From Candidatus Altarchaeum sp. (GTDB lineage Archaea; Altiarchaeota; Altiarchaeia; Altiarchaeales; Altiarchaeaceae): DNA of 33,919 nt. The stretch spans positions 1 to 33,919 of the forward strand of contig JAGWDQ010000100.1 in NCBI GenBank assembly GCA_018260615.1, given 5' to 3'. The position numbers were made by a program, and so were the translations under genes. The notes below the pieces were generated by a model. The model had not been told where the DNA came from. It saw only the letters and a list, made by a program, of their open reading frames with translations, and ran no database searches. Position 1 is the first letter of the stretch. Each line of letters starts with the position of its first letter. Positions 9,410 through 19,383 of the stretch are shown piece after piece.

Positions 9410-10933
9410 TTAATTCCGTGATGGGCGTTTAATACAACTCTCCTTTATTTTTGTATCTGATATTTTATCGCAGAGTGACGCATCGTGCTTTAGTTCTGCG
9501 ACCTGCCTGATGCATGTTTCTTTTCCCATCGTAGTTGAAATTTTATCGCAAAGTGAAACATCTGGTTGTTTTGTCGTAGCAACGCGCCAAATACATGTGT
9601 CTTTTCCCAATATAGTTGAAATTTTATCGCAAAGTAAAACATCATGCTTTGTTTCTGCAATCCACTTAATACACGCATCTTTTGTTGAAGTATTTGATAT
9701 TTTATCACAGGCATAAACATCCTGTTTTGTCGTGGCGACTTGTTTAATACATTCATCTTTTATGGATGTATTTGATATATTATCACAGAGTGAAATATCC
9801 TGTTTTGCTTCAGCAACACCCTCAATGCAATATTCTTTCTCCAAAGTAGTTGATATTTTATCACAGAGAGAGACATCCTGTTTTGCCTGTGCAACCATTC
9901 CAATACATCCGCATTCGTCTGATGAGGATAGTTTATCACAAAGTGAAACATCCTGTTTTGCCCAGGCAACCCATCTAATGCAGCTTTCTTTTCCTTCAGT
10001 GTTGGATATTTTGTCACAAAGAGAAACATCCTGTTTTGCCTGCGCAACCTGAATAATGCAGCTTTCTTTCCAATTTGGTTTTGAAATTTTATCACAAAGA
10101 GAAACATCCTGTTTTGTTATTGCAATTCTCTCAATACAAAAGTCCTTTTGTGATGAAGTCGTTGTTTTATCACAAAGAGAAACATCTTCTCTTGTTTCGG
10201 CAACTCTTGTAATACACGCATCTTTTAGGCCTGCATCGGATATTTTATCACAAAGAGAAATATTCTTTTTTGTTCCCATAGCAACCATTAAAAGACAACT
10301 ATCTTTTATTGATTTTATTGAGATTTTATCACAAAGAGAAACATCTTCCTTTGCTGCTGCAATCATTCCGATACAATGTTCTTTTTCCGATGTTTTTGAT
10401 ATTTTATCACAAAGAGAAATATTCTTTTTTGCAGAAGCGACTAATCCGATACAGTAATTTTTTCCTGATGAAGTTGATGTTTTATCGCAAACAGATACAT
10501 CTCGTTTTGCTTTGGCAACCATTCCGATGCAATTCTCTTTTGTGGATTCAACAGATATTTTATCGCAAACAGATGTATTTTCTTCCGCAGCAGCAACAAA
10601 AGGAATACAATAATTTCTTCCTGACTGATATGATATTTCATCGCAAACAGATACATTCTTTTCTGACATTGCAAAAAGAGTAATGCAATCCAATCCATAT
10701 CTTATATTTTCAGGTTGGCAATAGGACATACCTTTCTTCTTTATTTCTGAGTACAATTCGCCCCTATATTTATAACACTCGTTATAATCCGCAGGTGTTA
10801 AACTTGATACATCGCAATATACCTCAATTGCAGATTTCTCTTTTGGTTTTTCCTCAATGCATCCGCTAAACAATACAATTCCCGCAACAATTATGGCTAT
10901 CCCTATAGGTACTAAAATTTTATGACTTTGCAT
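9410..10933 (-). CDS. Lipoprotein with 16 tandem ~26-aa two-cysteine repeats
   Basis: FSGCIEE lipobox; consensus C-D-K-I-S-x4-K-[DE]-x-C-I-x-x-V-A-x-x-K-x-D-V-S-L. Confidence 0.9.
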   Translation of the reverse strand: MQSHKILVPIGIAIIVAGIVLFSGCIEEKPKEKSAIEVYCDVSSLTPADYNECYKYRGELYSEIKKKGMSYCQPENIRYGLDCITLFAMSEKNVSVCDEISYQSGRNYCIPFVAAAEENTSVCDKISVESTKENCIGMVAKAKRDVSVCDKTSTSSGKNYCIGLVASAKKNISLCDKISKTSEKEHCIGMIAAAKEDVSLCDKISIKSIKDSCLLMVAMGTKKNISLCDKISDAGLKDACITRVAETREDVSLCDKTTTSSQKDFCIERIAITKQDVSLCDKISKPNWKESCIIQVAQAKQDVSLCDKISNTEGKESCIRWVAWAKQDVSLCDKLSSSDECGCIGMVAQAKQDVSLCDKISTTLEKEYCIEGVAEAKQDISLCDNISNTSIKDECIKQVATTKQDVYACDKISNTSTKDACIKWIAETKHDVLLCDKISTILGKDTCIWRVATTKQPDVSLCDKISTTMGKETCIRQVAELKHDASLCDKISDTKIKESCIKRPSRN

Positions 10934-10989
10934 TTTGTTCTATTTAATTTTAATTTTTTAGTTTATTTAATTGTAAATAAATTATATCC

Positions 10990-11047
10990 GAACGGTAAAT
11001 ATATTGTTCTATGAACGACCGTTCAGAAAGCAAAGAACAACCGTTCA
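10990..11047. promoter_or_regulatory. Candidate operator: repeated GAAC-N4-GTTC / ACCGTTC sites
   Basis: TGAACG-AC-CGTTCA at 11012-11025, AGAACA-AC-CGTTCA at 11034-11047 (22-bp spacing), and a reverse half-site GAACGGT at 10990-10996 beside an AT-rich TATA-like tract. Confidence 0.6.
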
Positions 11048-11061
11048 CTTCTTATTTTGCT

Positions 11062-12021
11062 TCACTTCAGCGATTTAAACCACCCCGTTAATTTTACAGA
11101 ATGCATCATATATGTCCTGTCTACTTCAACAATCTTTCCCTGTTCCAGCCGTGTTAATGCAGCAGATAAACTTGACCTTGAAATTCCTGTTCCGCGGGAA
11201 ATTTCGGCTCTTGTCAGTGTTTTATCGTACTTAATCAAAATTTCAACAACAGACAATTCATTCTGTGTAAGTGTTCCCATAATATCCTTCATCCCTTTTG
11301 TAATTTCAAAAACGGGCGGTAGATTTTTTGCTTCCGGTTCATCTTTTTTAGGTCCTTCATTTTCTTCATACCGCTCTTTTTCAGCATCATCGTTAATTTC
11401 GGGTTCTTTTGTTTCGTTTACTTCTGTTTCCGCATTTTTATTTTCATTTTTATTGCTTTCCGTTTTATTAAATTTCCAAATTTTTCCAATTCCGAACACT
11501 GCAAAAATTACCATAATGACGGCAACAACTGCAATAATTATCCAAATCATTAAATTTCCGTCCATGTTTTCGTCTTTGTTTTCGTTATTACTTTTGTTCT
11601 CTGTGACATCACTTTTTTTGTCAGTTTCAGAGAAATTTATCTCAAATTCTGGAATTTCATAATCCGTTTCGGAGAAATTTAAATACGGCAGAAGTATGAA
11701 GTCAAAAGTAAGCGGTTCGGTGGACTTTATAATTGTAATGTTTTCTTCATCTGCATATTTATCACCTTCATTGTTAATATAAAAAGCAATAAAATGATAA
11801 TTTCCCTGCGGAAGGTTTAGATTGTATGTTCCGTTTTCGCATACCTTTTTTGAAATTAATAAGGAATCCTTATAAATTTCCAGAACACTTCCTTTTGCAA
11901 CATCTTCAGTATACCATATTAAAATTTTTCCTTCAATTGTCTCGCCGCATACAAAATTTAGCAGTGTGAAAACAACAAATATCAATAATACAAATTTCCG
12001 GATTTTATTTTTTGCCTTCAT
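11062..12021 (-). CDS. Membrane-anchored transcriptional regulator (COG2512-like): extracellular beta domain, TM helix, C-terminal winged HTH
   Basis: Signal peptide; TM IWIIIAVVAVIMVIFAVFGI; C-terminal LTQNELSVVEIL...TRAEISRGTGISRSSLSAALTRLEQGKIV. Confidence 0.8.
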   Translation of the reverse strand: MKAKNKIRKFVLLIFVVFTLLNFVCGETIEGKILIWYTEDVAKGSVLEIYKDSLLISKKVCENGTYNLNLPQGNYHFIAFYINNEGDKYADEENITIIKSTEPLTFDFILLPYLNFSETDYEIPEFEINFSETDKKSDVTENKSNNENKDENMDGNLMIWIIIAVVAVIMVIFAVFGIGKIWKFNKTESNKNENKNAETEVNETKEPEINDDAEKERYEENEGPKKDEPEAKNLPPVFEITKGMKDIMGTLTQNELSVVEILIKYDKTLTRAEISRGTGISRSSLSAALTRLEQGKIVEVDRTYMMHSVKLTGWFKSLK

Positions 12022-12049
12022 TTTAGTACAATTATATGGTTGCAGGTAA

Positions 12050-12604
12050 TTATTTCAAAAGCGAATTTATATAATTATTTAATTCAACAATTCTTTTAAC
12101 TGCTTTATGACCTTTTCCGAGTTTTCTTTCAAAATTTTCAACTGTCTGCTCTATTCCCGCAACTTTATCTCCGGCAATGAGATTATCTGCATGAGCGATA
12201 ATCTTTTCTTCAATTGTTTCAGGAATGTATTCATTTTCTCCAAGTCCAAGCACAACTGCTTCGTCTTTATCAATTCCCGCTCCAATGTGTCTCTCGCATA
12301 TCCTCGCCAATTTTTCAATAAAAATTTGAGCATCGGAACTTAAATCCGCTGAATTGCTTATTAAATTTCTTAAAATTTTAGCACCTGCGATTCCGTGTTC
12401 AATACTGTGGGTTTTTGACCTGCCTAAATCATGCAAAAGTCCTCCGGTTTCAACCAGATTTAAATCAATAACAATGTTTTTCTTTTTTGAAATTTTACCT
12501 GCGATTTCAACTGCACATTCTGAAACTGCAATGCAGTGTTTGATTACTCTTTCACTTGCTCCTTCCTTATTAAGCAAATTTATGGCAAATACTCTGTCAG
12601 GCAT
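12050..12604 (-). CDS. HD-domain (HDIG, TIGR00295-like) phosphohydrolase
   Basis: HC..V, LLHDLGRSKTH..EHG, HIGAG and IIAHAD motifs. Confidence 0.88.
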   Translation of the reverse strand: MPDRVFAINLLNKEGASERVIKHCIAVSECAVEIAGKISKKKNIVIDLNLVETGGLLHDLGRSKTHSIEHGIAGAKILRNLISNSADLSSDAQIFIEKLARICERHIGAGIDKDEAVVLGLGENEYIPETIEEKIIAHADNLIAGDKVAGIEQTVENFERKLGKGHKAVKRIVELNNYINSLLK

Positions 12605-12760
12605 AATGAATTATTAAAAGAAATAAAATAAAAATAAATAGAATCGATAAAACTTTTTATTTTTTTCTTAATAAAAAACCATTTATTATTAAGATATTGT
12701 TTTGATTTATATAAGTATAAAAATATTTTCTGTTTTAAGAAAAATTCTTTTTTATTTTTA

Positions 12761-13537
12761 TCATTTATTTTCATAATTTTTTACTCTATTATTCGCCAAA
12801 TCAACATATTTTTTTTCTTTCTCAATTCCAATCCATTTTCTATCAAGAACATTTGCAACAACCGCCGTTGTCCCGCTTCCCAGAAAAGGATCTAAAACGA
12901 TATCGCCCTTTTTGCTTGCGGAAAGTAAAACTTGCTGAATTAGTTTAAACGGTTTTTGCGTTGGATGCGCTTTTATTCCGTTTTCATCTTTTAATCTTTC
13001 GGGCCCACGACAGATTTTAAAAACCCAATCTGTATCTTTCATCTGCTCTCCGCCGTTCATCTGTTTTAAAAATTCATTATTGAAAGTGTAGTTTTTGCAA
13101 TTTTTATTTTTTACCGCCCAAATCAATGTTTCGTGATTGTTTGTAAATCTTCTGCCGTTAAAATTAGGCATAGCGTCAATTTTGATCCAAATCACATCAT
13201 TTAAAAACCATAACCCTAAATCTTGCATAATTTTGCCAACTCGAAAAATATTGTGATACATTCCCATAACCCAAATTGTCCCCGTTGGCTTTAAAACCCT
13301 TTGACATTCCTTGATCCAATTTTCAGTAAAATTGTCGTAATCTTCGTAACTTTCAAATTTATCCCACTCATCATTTACGGGAATTACTTCTGTTCCATTT
13401 TCTCGTAATAGTTTTCTATTTTGAGGTAATTGTAAATTATAAGGTGGGTCGGCAAAAATTAAATCAAAAGAATTATCAGGAAAATTTTTCAAAATTTCTA
13501 TACAATCACCGTGTATAATCTTATTTTGAGGAAGCAT
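12761..13537 (-). CDS. Beta-class N6A/N4C DNA methyltransferase (short, no C-terminal domain)
   Basis: DPPY motif IV before motif I (DPFLGSGTT); HPTQKP. Confidence 0.92.
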   Translation of the reverse strand: MLPQNKIIHGDCIEILKNFPDNSFDLIFADPPYNLQLPQNRKLLRENGTEVIPVNDEWDKFESYEDYDNFTENWIKECQRVLKPTGTIWVMGMYHNIFRVGKIMQDLGLWFLNDVIWIKIDAMPNFNGRRFTNNHETLIWAVKNKNCKNYTFNNEFLKQMNGGEQMKDTDWVFKICRGPERLKDENGIKAHPTQKPFKLIQQVLLSASKKGDIVLDPFLGSGTTAVVANVLDRKWIGIEKEKKYVDLANNRVKNYENK

Positions 13538-13542
13538 AATAA

Positions 13543-14406
13543 TTAACTTTCCAATTTTTCTTCAAGCAAATTGGCAATTGTTTTATAAATAATTTTTTCA
13601 GGTGATTTTTCTTTGAAATAATCAAGTAACAATTTTAAGGTTTTCTTTTCTGGAAAAATCGTCAAAATTATTTCGTTAAAAATAATATCGTCTTGAAAAA
13701 CTTTCCTGTAAAGACTTGGCGACAATTCTTTTATTTCCTCAAATGAACTTTCGGCGTCAAGATCAAAATTTGTTTCCGGAAAGTCGGGAATTTCTTTTTT
13801 CCACTGTTCCAAATATTTTAATATTTCGCCCCAAACATTTTTTTGCTTCAAAAAATCAAATAACTCAACGCCGTAAAACAAATAAATCTCAACACCATAA
13901 TCCCGAGACATTTTTTCAAGCTCTGCTTTATAATAGTTTTTGTTTTTCTGTAAATCCGGATCAATAAAATAGAAAATTCCGACAAGATTTTTTTCACCAT
14001 ATTTGCCAACCATTTCGTTCAGCTTCTTCTCAAAATTTTCTATTTGTCCTCTCTTTTTTGTAGAATCGTGATCATCTCTGATTTTTTGTTCAATAAAATA
14101 AACTTTGTCCTTGACTTTGAAACATTGATCAAGATTTAATTCATCGTTATAGCCATTAACAAACTTTTTCTCTAACATTTGATAGCCGAATTCTTTGAAA
14201 TATTCCTCAATGGCTTCTTCAAAAGCATCGCCAAAACGAATCTCGTGGGATTGTAGTAAATTTTGTAATATTTTTGCTTTGGGTTTTGTCGGTCTGAATA
14301 AACCAATATACCTATTTGGATATTTTGCTATTTTTTCAATCAAAACTGCTTTTGATTCCTCAAAAATAGTTTCGTTAAAAATGTTTTTAAATTTTTCGTA
14401 TTGCAT
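13543..14406 (-). CDS. Type II restriction endonuclease, HpyAIV-like (probably GANTC)
   Basis: Lies between two MTases; PD-(D/E)xK-like LDQ...FIEQKIRDDHDSTKKRGQ; N-terminal RYIGLFRPTKPK. Confidence 0.75.
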   Translation of the reverse strand: MQYEKFKNIFNETIFEESKAVLIEKIAKYPNRYIGLFRPTKPKAKILQNLLQSHEIRFGDAFEEAIEEYFKEFGYQMLEKKFVNGYNDELNLDQCFKVKDKVYFIEQKIRDDHDSTKKRGQIENFEKKLNEMVGKYGEKNLVGIFYFIDPDLQKNKNYYKAELEKMSRDYGVEIYLFYGVELFDFLKQKNVWGEILKYLEQWKKEIPDFPETNFDLDAESSFEEIKELSPSLYRKVFQDDIIFNEIILTIFPEKKTLKLLLDYFKEKSPEKIIYKTIANLLEEKLES

Positions 14407-14411
14407 AGTAG

Positions 14412-15760
<1,349 letters not shown>

Positions 15761-15960
15761 TGTTAAACCATTTAATACGAAACATGGGTTAAATGGAATA
15801 ATGATTTAACTATACTTTTTTAACAATGCCGTCTTTTTGTTGCCATGTCAATTTTACAATTTTAAAGGTCGAAGCCCCATAACTTTCAAAGACAGGTATT
15901 AGTATCCCATATTTCCATGTAATTATACCTGATTTGTCAATTTTACGGGCAAATCAATCA

Positions 15961-16036
15961 TACATAGTCCCGACTTTTTGAGATTTATGTACCTTTTTAC
16001 GCTAAATCAACCAAAATACATAGTCCCGACTTTTGA
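15961..16036 (+). repeat. Direct repeat TACATAGTCCCGACTTTT, two copies
   Basis: Copies at ~15961 and ~16017, both preceded by aaatcaa. An 11-bp inverted repeat CCCATATTTCC/GGAAATATGGG (15906, 16087) flanks them. Confidence 0.7.
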
Positions 16037-16186
16037 AATTTTACCTGTTAATTTCTATTAATTGATACATATTTTTATGATGAGTCGGAAATATGGGTTA
16101 GTATGATACCAAATATTTTAGTTTCTAGCAACAAAAATAAATTTAAAATATAAAGGAAATAAAAACTCCTTTATAAAATTTATTCC

Positions 16187-17335
16187 TTAAATCAACGGTT
16201 TCATCCTGTCGGCAAGCTTTTTTAATACCTCCGGCTTTGTTGTGTATTCCATTTCATCCGATGCCAATGTTCCGGGCATAAACGGACCATGTCCCCTCAT
16301 ATATCTTGATATATTCATTGACTGCCTTCTTGTTACATCCCATACGGAACCCTCAAAATAATCTAACGGTATATGCTCACCTATTGCACTTTCACCTTTT
16401 TCAGGATCTTCCAGGCCTACGATTGTTCCGTCACAAATCTGAAATCCGATTGCACATACTCGCGGAGGTCCGTCAAAATATGTCGGACTGGAATCCGCTA
16501 CACTGCAGGGATAGAATGCTCCGTAATGACTTCCCCTCATCCATCCCGCAACCAATTGCGGAAATGCAAACGGCTGTAAAATTTCTCCAATCGCAGGCAA
16601 ACCGGACTGTGCTCTTACTATTGCAACAGGGTCATCCTTGCCAACATAATGTCCAGCGGATACATTTAATTTATCTGTGCTTACAACTGCCGCAACTCCG
16701 ATTTTTTCATCCTTGCACCAGATCCTTTTTATTGCATATCTGTAAGTATCGCTAATTAATGACAATGCCTCGTAGGACTCTTCAGGTGTGCTTAATGTGA
16801 TACCCTTATGGCTTATAACATCCTGTATTTCAAAATTAAATCCCAGCTGCATTCTTGCATCAATCACCAGGCCGGTTGTTGTAAACGGATCCATAAAAAT
16901 TTTTGATAATGGCAAACTATATGCCGAGGGTTCTGTTTTATCTGCCATGAAGAAAACTGTTGGCTCTGACTTTCTTTCTTCAAATTCCATCTCTGCTGCA
17001 CCCGGACCCATTCCCTTTACATTTCCGGAGAATGCATCGCTCAATAAGTCCTGTCCCGCTCCGTATAAATGATATTTCTTTGCAAATTCGGTTGCCTTTA
17101 GAAAAGCACTCCATGCTAATTTGTGTATATCTTTATTATTTTCTCCTTTGTCATGCGTCATTATTAACTGCATATCATCTCCGACCCTTGTAACATAAAA
17201 GTCCTTTATTGTTTTATTTTTAACACCTTCTTTTAAAATCCTTCTGCATGCCTCAAGCATTCTCGGATGTGGTATGCTGTGTCCCGCCACCGAACCGACA
17301 TCCGCCTTAATTAAACTTATTGTTGTTTTTACCAT
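16187..17335 (-). CDS. fbp: Bifunctional fructose-1,6-bisphosphate aldolase/phosphatase (class V FBPase)
   Basis: IKADVG, GDD, YGAGQDLL, DKTEP, YVGKDDP (Schiff-base Lys), GWMRGSH, HGPF. Confidence 0.97.
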   Translation of the reverse strand: MVKTTISLIKADVGSVAGHSIPHPRMLEACRRILKEGVKNKTIKDFYVTRVGDDMQLIMTHDKGENNKDIHKLAWSAFLKATEFAKKYHLYGAGQDLLSDAFSGNVKGMGPGAAEMEFEERKSEPTVFFMADKTEPSAYSLPLSKIFMDPFTTTGLVIDARMQLGFNFEIQDVISHKGITLSTPEESYEALSLISDTYRYAIKRIWCKDEKIGVAAVVSTDKLNVSAGHYVGKDDPVAIVRAQSGLPAIGEILQPFAFPQLVAGWMRGSHYGAFYPCSVADSSPTYFDGPPRVCAIGFQICDGTIVGLEDPEKGESAIGEHIPLDYFEGSVWDVTRRQSMNISRYMRGHGPFMPGTLASDEMEYTTKPEVLKKLADRMKPLI

Positions 17336-17395
17336 TTTAAATTATTTTAAATTATTTTAAATTTATCTGTTTTAAAATTTTTGTTTTTTATCCGA

Positions 17396-17665
17396 CTATT
17401 TGTCAAATTCCTCTGCTGTAATTGCCGGAAGTGTTCTAAATCCGATTCCTGTTGCTTTTGAAATTTTTACGGATGCTTTCATTGCTTCTGTATTTCCAGG
17501 GAAATCCACGATAAAGCACAAATCATAATTTCCAAGTGTTGCATACATAGCATCAACTTTTCCTCCTTTCTTCTTAATTTCATCAACAACTGTTTTTGTC
17601 CTTTCTTTAGAAACCCCCTTAATCCCTTCTACACTATACCTTCCTAACATGACATACTTTCCCAT
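17396..17665 (-). CDS. GYD-domain protein
   Basis: 89 aa; YATLGNYD variant of the GxYD motif. Confidence 0.85.
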   Translation of the reverse strand: MGKYVMLGRYSVEGIKGVSKERTKTVVDEIKKKGGKVDAMYATLGNYDLCFIVDFPGNTEAMKASVKISKATGIGFRTLPAITAEEFDK

Positions 17666-17776
17666 TTTAAATTTGTTAAATTTTTATTTGTTAAATTAAA
17701 GTAACTATTCAGCCACCCCAAAAATTATAGGTAAATTTTTTGAAATTTTGCACTTTTTTGAAATTTTTACAGGTAA

Positions 17777-17803
17777 TTTTAAAATGTTTCAAACATTTTA
17801 AAA
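17777..17803. promoter_or_regulatory. Perfect 13-1-13 palindrome in a divergent promoter region
   Basis: TTTTAAAATGTTT-C-AAACATTTTAAAA. Confidence 0.55.
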
Positions 17804-17937
17804 GATTGAAAATCTTATAGATTTTCAGTAATTTTGTTAACCTCTGAATAGTTACAAATTAAATTTAAATTTTGTAATCTAATTAGTATTGTATAAAAAT
17901 AAAGATAAAAACATGTATAAACCATAATAAAAATATA

Positions 17938-18672
17938 ATGACTATGTCTCTTCCCGATGCCCTTGTAGGAGCGTTAAAATATATAAAGAAATTTAAAGGA
18001 AAAATTTTTGTAATATTTGCCGGCAAAAATGCCTTTTTGAGCGGAGAAATAATGAGTGAAATTGCCTGTGATATTGCACTCCTGAAACATGTCGGAATAA
18101 ATGTTGTTGTAGTTCACGAAATTCCTGATAATGCCGACTATTTCGGAGAGGATAAAATTTTCATATCCGAATTTGCCAATAAAGACAATAACATTAAGGA
18201 TATAGGAACATTGAGCATTGCGGGAAAAATTTCCCTGAAATTTGTTTCATGTATCGCAAAACAGGACATAGTTGCAATCTCGCTCGTCGGAAAACAGGAA
18301 TCAAATTTGCTCAATTTATTAACATCCGGGGATTACATTCCGCTCATCTCGCCGGTTTTTGTGCCTGACCAGTTTATGTTTGCAGCAGAATTCGCATCCT
18401 CCCTGAATGCGGAAAAATTTATAATAATGTCGGAAGAAGAAGGAATTTTGGATGCCGATGAAGAATTAATTCCGTCTATAAATTTAAAACGGCTAAAACA
18501 ACTGACAGATGAAGGAATTATAACTGAAAATCTGCTCAAGCCGCTCGATGCGTGTAAATTTGCAATAAATAACGGAGTAAATAAAGTGCATCTTATAAAA
18601 GCAGACAAACACAAATTAATAGGGGAAATTTTTACAGATGAAGGGGTCGGGACGATTATTACAAAGGATTAA
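17938..18672 (+). CDS. Acetylglutamate-kinase (ArgB/AAK-fold) homolog, probably catalytically inactive
   Basis: ALKYIKKFKGK N-helix and EIFTDEGVGT C-terminal motif are present; KxGG, HGGG, NINAD and GGMxPK are absent. Confidence 0.8.
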   Translation: MTMSLPDALVGALKYIKKFKGKIFVIFAGKNAFLSGEIMSEIACDIALLKHVGINVVVVHEIPDNADYFGEDKIFISEFANKDNNIKDIGTLSIAGKISLKFVSCIAKQDIVAISLVGKQESNLLNLLTSGDYIPLISPVFVPDQFMFAAEFASSLNAEKFIIMSEEEGILDADEELIPSINLKRLKQLTDEGIITENLLKPLDACKFAINNGVNKVHLIKADKHKLIGEIFTDEGVGTIITKD

Positions 18673-18690
18673 ATAAAACTAATGTTTACT

Positions 18691-18782
18691 TTTTCTTTCT
18701 TTTCGCAGTGATTTTTACGGGCGCAAGCGAGTAAAGATACGAACGGAGTGTGTGAATCTTTCTTTTTCTAAAAGAAAGAAAA
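18691..18782. repeat. Small inverted-repeat element (REP/MITE-like)
   Basis: 13-bp arms TTTTCTTTCTTTT (18691-18703) and AAAAGAAAGAAAA (18770-18782) around a GC-richer core (gcgcaagcgag...cgaacggagtg). Confidence 0.55.
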
Positions 18783-18790
18783 GTTGATAA

Positions 18791-18844
18791 ATAGAGGAAA
18801 TTTTTACAGATGAAGGGGCGGGGACAATTATCACAAAGTACTAA
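18791..18844 (+). repeat. Diverged duplicate of the last 18 codons of the ArgB-like gene (18619-18672)
   Basis: Translates IEEIFTDEGAGTIITKY* versus IGEIFTDEGVGTIITKD*, with no indels. Confidence 0.9.
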
Positions 18845-19123
18845 ACAACTATCCAAAATTTATTCATTTATTTATATTTATTTATTGTTTAAATTTAATT
18901 TATTATCGTTAATTTATTTATAAATTTTGCAAAGCTGTATACAATTAGTCAACTCACGAACGAAAGGTTGTCAAGAGGAGTAATATTATTTAATATTTTA
19001 ATAATGCAGTAATAATTAAATATAAAAAAGAGATTTTAGAATTCTCAAATCTCCTTCTATAAAAATTAAAAAATTTAAGTGGTGTGAAACAAAGATATAA
19101 AACAAAACCAAAATAAATTAAAA

Positions 19124-19312
19124 ATGGTGGCTGATGCTGTTAAAAATATAGGGGAAACGATTAAAAAATCTGTCTTCGAGATGAATTGGGATGAGTTTGC
19201 GGATTTTATGAATAGTGAAGAAGTAAAAGAAAGATGGAATGGAGCAATGGAAAAAGCAGAAAAAGAAGATTTGGAAGCCAAAAGAGTTGCAAGGGACTTT
19301 TGGGTACATTAA
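19124..19312 (+). CDS. Small hypothetical acidic/helical protein
   Basis: 62 aa, protein-like composition, preceded by aaattaaaaATG similar to other leaders here. Confidence 0.55.
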   Translation: MVADAVKNIGETIKKSVFEMNWDEFADFMNSEEVKERWNGAMEKAEKEDLEAKRVARDFWVH

Positions 19313-19383
19313 AGAGGGTTAATTGACAAAATAATAGAAAATTAATCTCAATCCTTCTTAATTCTTCTTTTTATTTTTTTAAT

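Noticed and set aside
9490-10698. Multiple overlapping ORFs on both strands
   Set aside because: Shadows of the 78-bp coding repeat.
9410-10933. DGR variable region
   Set aside because: No reverse transcriptase or template repeat in the window, and the variation does not look adenine-specific.
15820-15950. Minus-strand peptide RKIDKSGIITWKYGILIPVFESY..., resembling a propeller repeat
   Set aside because: Short, no start codon, family not assignable without a search.
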